From: an uncultured Actinomycetota bacterium
Lineage (GTDB): Bacteria; Actinomycetota; Actinomycetes; Mycobacteriales; CADCTP01
NCBI GenBank assembly: GCA_963766325.1
Contig: CAVXZF010000010.1
Location: forward strand, 160,517 to 224,516
Reading direction: 5' to 3'
DNA: 64,000 nt
Below are positions 57,636 through 64,000 of this stretch, one piece after another. Below the pieces are notes generated by a model. That model was not told the DNA's origin and searched no databases. It was given only the letters and a program-made list of their open reading frames with translations. Position 1 is the first letter of the stretch. Each line of letters opens with the position of its first letter. The position numbers and the translations under genes were made by a program.

Positions 57636-58749
57636 GCAGGCTGCCCGCCACTATCCGTCCCACGCCGACCTGCTGCAGCCGGCCCGCTCCGGCCATCTCC
57701 CCGTCGACGCGATCGTCGTCCCGGCGGCCCGGCCGGCCGCGAACCTCGAGTCCGCTCTCCTGCTCGCAGCCGCCCTCGGCACCCAGGTGGTCGTCCTCTG
57801 CAGCCGCGCCACCCGGATCGAGCAGGTGCTGCGCTTGGCCGACGGGATCGGCGGGGTCCGCTGCACTGCCGTCGACCTCGAGGTCCCGGTCGAGGGCCTG
57901 CCCGAGCTCACCACGTCGACCTTCGCCGAAGCGCCGATCCCGTGGCATGGGGACCTCAGCCTCAAGCGCAACCTCGGTCTCGTGCTGGGTCGCCGGTGCG
58001 GCTGGCGGACGGTCGTGTTTCTCGACGACGACATCCGCGGGGTCTCGCCCGCGCTCGTCGAGCGCGCCGTCGGAACCCTCGGGCACCACGCCGCGGCCGG
58101 GATGCCGGCGACCCGGTTCCCGGACAACTCGGTCGTCGGCCACGCCCGCAGGCTCGCCATCGGCGACCAGGGAGTCTTCGTCAGCGGCTCGGCGCTCGCC
58201 GTCGATGTCAGCCGGGTCGCCTCCTTCTTCCCGGCGATCTACAACGAGGACTGGCTGTTCCTGGCGCCGTACCTGGACCGTCGCGAGGTCGCTGCGGTCG
58301 GTTCCGTCCGGCAGGACGTCCAGGATCCGTTCGAGGACCTGTCCCGTGCCCGCGACGAGGAGTTCGGCGAGGTCATCGGCGAGGGCCTCATCGGCTGGCT
58401 GCACACAGGCTCGTTGCACTCGCCGCTGTCGGAGCGGTACTGGGCCGAGTTCCTCCGGCGGCGGGGAGAGTTCATCGAGACGGTCGCCCTCGGCTGCCGG
58501 CTCTCCGACCACCCGGACGCGGCCCGGGCCGGCGTGGCGCTCGAGATCGCGGAGTCCGCTCGGCGGGGGCTCTCACCCAAGATGCTCGCCGAGTACGTGG
58601 CTGCCTGGTGGGCGGACCTCGACTCCTGGCAGCACTACCTCACCCGGATCGAGCCGGACGACGAGCTCCCCGCCGCACTGGACCTCCTCGGCCTGCCGGC
58701 GGACTCCGTCGGCCCGGCCTGCACCACTCCGCGGACCGGTTCCAGCTGA
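57607..58749 (+). CDS. GT-A fold (family 2-like) glycosyltransferase, uncharacterised
   Basis: IVVPAAR, KRNLGL, VVFLDDD, FFPAIYNEDW; start may be 57541, 57565 or 57607; overlaps the XRE 3' end. Confidence 0.75.
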   Translation: MTQARRRADEQAARHYPSHADLLQPARSGHLPVDAIVVPAARPAANLESALLLAAALGTQVVVLCSRATRIEQVLRLADGIGGVRCTAVDLEVPVEGLPELTTSTFAEAPIPWHGDLSLKRNLGLVLGRRCGWRTVVFLDDDIRGVSPALVERAVGTLGHHAAAGMPATRFPDNSVVGHARRLAIGDQGVFVSGSALAVDVSRVASFFPAIYNEDWLFLAPYLDRREVAAVGSVRQDVQDPFEDLSRARDEEFGEVIGEGLIGWLHTGSLHSPLSERYWAEFLRRRGEFIETVALGCRLSDHPDAARAGVALEIAESARRGLSPKMLAEYVAAWWADLDSWQHYLTRIEPDDELPAALDLLGLPADSVGPACTTPRTGSS

Positions 58750-58794
58750 CCAGCTGAGCCACCTCCTCAGCCACTCCATTCATACGACAGGGCG

Positions 58795-59496
58795 ATGACC
58801 ATGGCTTCTCTAGCTGACGATGTCGTAAATCGAGCCCTGCTGAATGGACCACAACCGGTGATCCGCCGGCATGGTCTGATCCTGCGCCCGTGGACGAACG
58901 AGGACTGTCCGGAGCTCATCGTCGCGTTCAGCGACGGAGCGATCAGCAAGTGGAACCTGCGGACGTTGGACAGTCCCGCCGAGGCGCGCGAATTGATCGC
59001 CGGTTGGAAACGAGGGTGGAAGCGGCACATTTCGGCGAGCTGGGCGGTCGTCGCAGAGTCCGAACCGGATAAGGTGCTCGGACAGGTGGGGTTCCGCTCG
59101 CTCTACCGCCGAGACGGCATGGCGGAGGTGTCCTACTGGGTGTTGCCCCCGTACCGCCGGCAGGGGATCGCAACCCTGGCCGCAGACGCCTTGGCCCAGT
59201 GGGCACTACGCGAGCTCAAGCTCGTGCGACTCGAGCTCGTGCACTCCGTGAAAAACCGGGCGTCGTGCGGAGTGGCCAGGGCGGCCGGTTTCGATTTCGA
59301 GGGGGTCAAGCGCTGCTTGGAACGGCACGAAGACGGCTGGCACGACATGTGCCTGCACGCTCGGATCGCTGCCGACATCCCGACGCCACCCCGCGCGATG
59401 CCGCTGCGGATGCGGGTGGCCGCGCGGCTCGACGGCTCATATCGGGCCGGTGACGCGGCCGGCCGCGCCCGCGAGCTGGTCAGCTCACGCCGCTGA
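58795..59496 (+). CDS. GNAT N-acetyltransferase (RimJ/RimL-like)
   Basis: LILRPW, EVSYWV.P.YRRQGIAT, NRASCGVA..AGF..EG, HDM. Confidence 0.9.
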   Translation: MTMASLADDVVNRALLNGPQPVIRRHGLILRPWTNEDCPELIVAFSDGAISKWNLRTLDSPAEARELIAGWKRGWKRHISASWAVVAESEPDKVLGQVGFRSLYRRDGMAEVSYWVLPPYRRQGIATLAADALAQWALRELKLVRLELVHSVKNRASCGVARAAGFDFEGVKRCLERHEDGWHDMCLHARIAADIPTPPRAMPLRMRVAARLDGSYRAGDAAGRARELVSSRR

Positions 59497-59622
59497 TCCC
59501 GTGGGGAAGTCGGGTCCGGCCACGTCGCCGGCGAACGGGCCACCGCCGTCGGTGGCCAGGAGGGCGGCCAGGACTCCGGTGGTCAGGGCGGTTCGGAGCA
59601 GGGTGCGGCGGTGGGTCTCCAT
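59485..59622 (-). pseudogene. 45-codon ORF that is mostly a Tat signal peptide (truncated gene or small exported peptide)
   Basis: METHRRTLLRTALTTGVLAALLATDGGGPFAGDVAGPDFPTGSAA*, GAGGGGG SD; not in the ORF track. Confidence 0.5.
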
Positions 59623-59710
59623 GGGTCCCCCTCAGTGCGCGGTGTCTTCCCGGAGGTCAGATGCGGCAGCCGGCCGGTCGGTTGTCACCGGCCCGCTAAG
59701 GTCAGCGACC

Positions 59711-60646
59711 GTGCCGGGGGTGCCGCCGACGCGGTTCGCGTACCTGGGTCCCGAGGGGACCTTCGCCGAGGCGGCGCTGCGGACGATCCCGGCGGCGGCG
59801 CGGGGGACGGCCCTGCCGCAGCCGAGCGTGCCGGCGGCGATCGAGGCCGTACGGTCCGGCGAGGCCGACGCCGCGGTGGTGCCGCTGGAGAACTCGGTGG
59901 AGGGCTCGGTCGCGTCCACGATGGACGAGCTGGCCTCCGGGGATCCGCTGGTGATCACCCGGGAGGTGCTGCTGCCGGTCACGTTCTCGCTGCTGGCCCG
60001 GCCGGGGACCACCGCGGAGGCGGTGAAGACCGTCGCCACCCACCCGCACGCCGAGGCGCAGACCCGCCGCTGGCTGCGTGACCACCTGCCGCAGGCCGAG
60101 GTGCTGCTCACCGCGTCCACTGCGGCGGCAGCGGTCGCGGTCGCCCACGGGGAGTACGACGCCGCCGTCGCCGCCCCGATCGCCGGCAGCCGCAACCGGC
60201 TGGTCGCGCTGGCCGAGGACATCGCCGACACCAAGGACGCGGTCACCCGCTTCGTGCTGCTGGCCCGGCCGGGGCCGCCGCCGGAGCCGACCGGGGCGGA
60301 CAGGACCTCGCTGGTCGCCTTCATCCGGCACGACCACACCGGGGCGCTGCTCGAGGTGCTCACCGAGTTCGCGGTGCGGGGGGTCAACCTGACCCGGATC
60401 GAGTCCCGGCCGACCGGGGAGCGGCTGGGGCGCTACTGCTTCTACTTCGACGCCGAGGGGCACGTCGCGGAGGCCCGGGTGGGCGACTCGCTGGCCGCGC
60501 TGCGCCGGATCTGCGCCGACGTGCGCTACCTGGGGTCCTACCCGCGCGGCGGACCGGGGGAGCCACCGCGGCTGCCGCCCGGCCGGGACGACGCATCCTT
60601 CGCCGACGCCGCCGCCTGGCTGGCCCGCCTCCGCCGGGGCGACTGA
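59711..60646 (+). CDS. pheA: Prephenate dehydratase
   Basis: YLGPEGTF, PLENSVEG, TRF, NLTRIESRP, LGSYP. Confidence 0.96.
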   Translation: MPGVPPTRFAYLGPEGTFAEAALRTIPAAARGTALPQPSVPAAIEAVRSGEADAAVVPLENSVEGSVASTMDELASGDPLVITREVLLPVTFSLLARPGTTAEAVKTVATHPHAEAQTRRWLRDHLPQAEVLLTASTAAAAVAVAHGEYDAAVAAPIAGSRNRLVALAEDIADTKDAVTRFVLLARPGPPPEPTGADRTSLVAFIRHDHTGALLEVLTEFAVRGVNLTRIESRPTGERLGRYCFYFDAEGHVAEARVGDSLAALRRICADVRYLGSYPRGGPGEPPRLPPGRDDASFADAAAWLARLRRGD

Positions 60647-60693
60647 CGCATTCCTTCAAGACCGTGCGGCGTCCCGGCGGGAGGCTGGAGGGC

Positions 60694-61140
60694 ATGTCCC
60701 ACTACCCACCGATCACCCCGCACCTGGCGATCACGGACGTGGCCGCGGCGCTCGCCTTCTACGCCAAGGCGTTCGGCGCCGAGGAGCGGCTGCGCCTCGC
60801 CATGCCGGACGGCACGATCGCGCACGCGGAGATGACCCTCAACGGCGGCCTGGTCACGCTCGGCGCCGCCATCCCGGAGTACGGCCTGGCCGCCCCCGAC
60901 CCCGACCAGCCGGTCCAGGTCGCGATCACCGTCTTCGGCCCGGACGTCGACGCCGCGTACGAGCAGGCGGTCGCCGCCGGCGCGACCAGCATGACCGAGC
61001 CGACCGACCAGTTCCACGGCGACCGGACGGCGAGTGTCCGCTGCCCGTACGGGCACAAGTGGATCCTGGCGACCCACTTGCGGGACGTCCCGCCCGAGGA
61101 GCAGCAGCGACTGCTGACGGAGCTGATGTCCGGGGCCTAG
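60694..61140 (+). CDS. VOC/glyoxalase (PhnB-like) protein
   Basis: ITPHL...FY.KAFGAEE...HAEM...DQFHGDR...PYGHKW. Confidence 0.92.
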   Translation: MSHYPPITPHLAITDVAAALAFYAKAFGAEERLRLAMPDGTIAHAEMTLNGGLVTLGAAIPEYGLAAPDPDQPVQVAITVFGPDVDAAYEQAVAAGATSMTEPTDQFHGDRTASVRCPYGHKWILATHLRDVPPEEQQRLLTELMSGA

Positions 61141-61149
61141 AGTCCGGGC

Positions 61150-61947
61150 GTGACCGAGGTCCCACCCGTCGTGCTGCGGTACGACGGGTGGGACCTCCGG
61201 CCGTTCCGGCTGCACTTCGCGGACCCGCCGGACTCCCTCGCCGCCGTGGTGGAGAACCTCTGGTCGGTCGAGTGGTCGCTGCCGGACGGCGCGGAGCACC
61301 ACCAGGAGGTGGTCACCCATCCCTGTGCGCACATCACGGTCGAGGCCGGCCGGTCGTGGGTGCAGGGCGTGCTCACCCGCCGCTTCCGGCGCCGCCTGGT
61401 CGGCCGCGGCCGGGTGGTCGGCGCGAAGCTGCGCCCGGCCGCGCTGAGCGCGTTCACGGACGTGCGGCCGGCCACGCTCGTCGACCGTCGGGTGCCGGCC
61501 GGTGAGGTGCTCGGTGACGTCTCGGGCCTGGTCGGGGCGGTGGCGGCGGCGCCGGACGCCGAACGGGGGATGGCCGCCATCGCCGGCTGGCTGGGCGCGC
61601 GCGACCCGCGGCCGCCGGACGGGGCCGGACTGGTGGACGAGGCGGTCGAGCTGGCGACCCGGGACCGCGAGCTGACCCGGGTCGTCGACCTGGCCGCGGC
61701 GCTGGACGTCCCGGTGCGCACCCTGCAGCGACGCTTCGACCGGCATCTCGGGGTCGGCCCCAAGTGGGTGCTCAACCGGTGCCGGATCCAGGACGCGCTG
61801 GCCGCGATCGAGGCCGGCGACACGGTGGACTGGGCCGACCTCGCGGTCCGGCTCGGGTACGCCGACCAGTCCCACTTCGTGAACAGCTTCACCGCGCTGG
61901 TCGGGGTGCCGCCGGACCGCTACCGGCGGCGCAGCACTGGTGGGTGA
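61150..61947 (+). CDS. AraC family transcriptional regulator
   Basis: RTLQRRF...GVGPKW, WADLA..LGYADQSHF...F...G.PP. Confidence 0.9.
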   Translation: MTEVPPVVLRYDGWDLRPFRLHFADPPDSLAAVVENLWSVEWSLPDGAEHHQEVVTHPCAHITVEAGRSWVQGVLTRRFRRRLVGRGRVVGAKLRPAALSAFTDVRPATLVDRRVPAGEVLGDVSGLVGAVAAAPDAERGMAAIAGWLGARDPRPPDGAGLVDEAVELATRDRELTRVVDLAAALDVPVRTLQRRFDRHLGVGPKWVLNRCRIQDALAAIEAGDTVDWADLAVRLGYADQSHFVNSFTALVGVPPDRYRRRSTGG

Positions 61948-61980
61948 CCGGCGGCCGCCCGCCGGGTGCCGGGTGCGCGG

Positions 61981-63315
61981 TCAGGGCGCACCGGGGTCCG
62001 ACCGCGAGCCTCGCCGCGCCGCCCGCCCTTCCAGGTAGCGGCGCTCCGGCGCGCTGAGCGTCGCCCGGGCGGCGGCGTCGAACTCGGCCCGCGCCGCGGC
62101 CGCGTCCCCGGCCCGCTCCAGCAGGTGCGCCCGGACGGCGTGCCGCCGGTGGTGGTCGGCCAGCGCCGGCTCGGCCGCCACCGCCTCGTCCAGCGCGGCC
62201 AGGCCGGCCGCCGGCCCGTGCACCTCGGCCAGCGCCACCACCCGGTTGAGGGTGACCATCGGCCCCGGGGCGAGGGCGCGCAGGTGGTCGTACAGGACGA
62301 GGATCTGCGGCCAGTCGGTGTCCTCGACCCGCCGCGCCTCGCTGTGCACAGCGGCGATGGCGGCCTGCAGCTGGTACGGCCCGATCGGGGTCGAGGCCAG
62401 CGCCCACTGCACCAGCGCGGTGCCCTCGGCGATCAGGCCGGCGTCCCACCGGCTCCGGTCCTGCTCGCCCAGCGGCACGAGGGACCCGTCCGGCCCGGTG
62501 CGGGCCGGTCGCCGGGCGTCGGTGAGCAGCATGAGCGCGAGCAGGCCGGCGACCTCGCCGTCGGACGGCAGCCGCTCGCGCAGCTGCCGGGTCAGCCGGA
62601 TCGCCTCCGCGGACAGGTCCACGCGGTGCAGCGCCGCCCCTGAGCTGGCCGTGGAGCCCTCCGTGAAGAGGAGGTAGAGCACGTGCCGGACCGCGGCCAG
62701 CCGGTCCGGCAGCTCGGCCGCGGGCGGCATCCGGAACCGGCCGCCGGCCGCCTTGATCCGCTGCTTGGCCCGGCTGATCCGCTGGGCGACGGTCGCCTCC
62801 GGGACCAGCAGCGCCCGCCCGACCTCCGCGGTGGTGCGCCCGCCGACCGCGCGCAGGGTCAGCGCGACCTGGGAGACCGGGGTGAGCGCCGGGTGGCAGC
62901 AGAGCAGCAGCAGGGTGAGCGTGTCGTCCTCTGATGACGGAGCGGGGGGTGCTCCGGCCGGCTCGGCGGGGGTGCGCGCGACCACGGTCTGCTCCCGCAG
63001 TGCGCGGGCCGAGTCCCGGCGCCACGCCTCGATGCGGCGCCGGGACGCGGTGGTGATCAGCCAGCCCTTGGGGTTGGCCGGCACACCCTCGGCCGGCCAC
63101 TGCTGCGAGGCGGCGAGCAGCGCCTCCTGCACCGCGTCCTCGCAGCTGTCGAAGTCGCCGTACCGGCGGACCAGCGCGGTGAGGACCTGCGGCGCCAGCC
63201 CGCGCAGCAGGTCCTCCAGCTGTGCCCGCTCCTCGGACAGGCCGCCAGGCGCAAGCGCCGGCCGGCCGGCCCTCGTCGCTCCCCGCTCGCGCTGCGAGCC
63301 CTCGCGCTCGCTCAT
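61981..63315 (-). CDS. ECF42-type sigma factor (DUF6596/TPR extension) with N-terminal repeat insertion
   Basis: EDAVQEA, LLCCHPAL, LFTEG, GPYQLQAAIAAVH, TDWPQI; downstream of YciI. Confidence 0.92.
   Translation of the reverse strand: MSEREGSQRERGATRAGRPALAPGGLSEERAQLEDLLRGLAPQVLTALVRRYGDFDSCEDAVQEALLAASQQWPAEGVPANPKGWLITTASRRRIEAWRRDSARALREQTVVARTPAEPAGAPPAPSSEDDTLTLLLLCCHPALTPVSQVALTLRAVGGRTTAEVGRALLVPEATVAQRISRAKQRIKAAGGRFRMPPAAELPDRLAAVRHVLYLLFTEGSTASSGAALHRVDLSAEAIRLTRQLRERLPSDGEVAGLLALMLLTDARRPARTGPDGSLVPLGEQDRSRWDAGLIAEGTALVQWALASTPIGPYQLQAAIAAVHSEARRVEDTDWPQILVLYDHLRALAPGPMVTLNRVVALAEVHGPAAGLAALDEAVAAEPALADHHRRHAVRAHLLERAGDAAAARAEFDAAARATLSAPERRYLEGRAARRGSRSDPGAP
63223..63315 (-). 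repeat. 93-bp MIRU-like interspersed element, copy 2
   Basis: 83/93 nt identical to 16190-16282, in the same ATGA junction context. Confidence 0.85.
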
Positions 63316-63680
63316 CCGAACGAGGCGAGGTCGAGGACGGGCCGCATCTCGACCAGGCCCATGTCGGCCTCGGGGATCCGGCCGGCGATCTCGGCGGCCC
63401 GGTCCGGCCCGGCGACGTCGACCAGGTAGAAGCCGGCCAGGTGCTCCTTGACCTCCGCGTACGGCCCGTCGCTGGCGATCGAGCCGTCCGGCCGCCGGAC
63501 CACCTGCCGGCCGTCCTCCGGGTAGCTCAGCGCCTCGGTCGCGACCAGCTCGCCGGACGCGGTGAGCTCCGCGTTGAGCCGGTGGTAGACCTCCAGCCCG
63601 ACCGACCGGTCGGTGTCGGACATGGTCTCCCACATCTGCCGGGACTCGGCGTTGCGGTAGATCAGGATCACGTACTTCAC
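63312..63680 (-). CDS. YciI/DGPF family protein
   Basis: KYVILIY...SDGPYAEVKEHLAGFY...EMRP; GAGGAGG SD. Confidence 0.92.
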   Translation of the reverse strand: MKYVILIYRNAESRQMWETMSDTDRSVGLEVYHRLNAELTASGELVATEALSYPEDGRQVVRRPDGSIASDGPYAEVKEHLAGFYLVDVAGPDRAAEIAGRIPEADMGLVEMRPVLDLASFG

Positions 63681-63712
63681 GGTGCCTCCTCGGGCCGGGT
63701 TCTCACCCGGGA

Positions 63713-63740
63713 TGTCGAGACAGAGTGCCCGGCCTCGACG
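63713..63740. promoter_or_regulatory. Overlapping divergent ECF42-type promoters
   Basis: Plus strand: TGTCGA(63713)-N17-CGAC(63736). Minus strand: CGTCGA(63740-63735)-N17-CGAC(63717-63714). Confidence 0.7.
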
Positions 63741-63787
63741 TCCCGGGCGAGCGGCGGCCACCCGGGTCGCCGGAGGAGGGCAGTGCG

Positions 63788-64000
63788 ATGACGACGGAGA
63801 TCCGCGACGTGATCGGCGAGCTGGAGACGGCCATGCGGGCCGGCGACGCGAAGGCGGTCGTGGCGCTCTACGGCCCGGACGCGGTGCAGTACAACCTCGC
63901 CCCGCCGCTGCGGCACACCGCCGAGGAGGTGCACGACGCGGCCGCGCTGCAGGTCTGGTTCGACGGCTTCGGCGGGTCGGTGGGCTTCGAGGTGCACGAC
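63788..64000 (+). CDS. SnoaL/NTF2-like protein, 3' end beyond window
   Basis: GGAGGAGG SD; MTTEIRDVI...AMRAGDAKAVVALYGPDAVQYNLAPPL...WFDGF. Confidence 0.8.
   Translation, partial: MTTEIRDVIGELETAMRAGDAKAVVALYGPDAVQYNLAPPLRHTAEEVHDAAALQVWFDGFGGSVGFEVHD

Noticed and set aside
55800-59500. Calling the atypical block a prophage or integrative element
   Set aside because: No integrase, transposase, tRNA target or flanking direct repeats seen.

Overview
Very GC-rich chromosomal segment of an actinobacterium (inferred from gene content and TANNNT-N6-start leaderless promoters). It holds about 70 protein-coding genes, mostly housekeeping, metabolic and regulatory: msrA, SigB/F-type sigma, fpg/nei, LytS/LytTR plus actP, recQ, TPP riboswitch plus CytX-like permease, P450, arcA, malic enzyme, def, hmgA/fahA, larB/larC, pheA, and an ECF42-type sigma with YciI. 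I saw no rRNA, tRNA, CRISPR array, integrase or transposase. Strongest leads: (1) a compositionally atypical module at 55.8-59.5 kb (XRE-HTH fused to an unknown domain, orphan GT-A glycosyltransferase, GNAT, divergent membrane protein) with a Tat-signal stub at its edge; (2) a leaderless three-codon uORF (M-I-S) plus an SD-sequestering hairpin upstream of a small Arg-rich protein, resembling a ribosome-sensing attenuator; (3) two 93-bp MIRU-like elements inserted in frame at ATGA-coupled gene junctions 47 kb apart; (4) an RGPP-ending candidate arrest peptide upstream of a TraR/DksA gene; (5) a LOV photoreceptor at the window edge; (6) an orphan perfect CebR/CelR box; (7) a multi-hairpin intergenic element. 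All assignments come from reading motifs by eye; no searches were run. Many start codons were re-picked relative to the ORF track.
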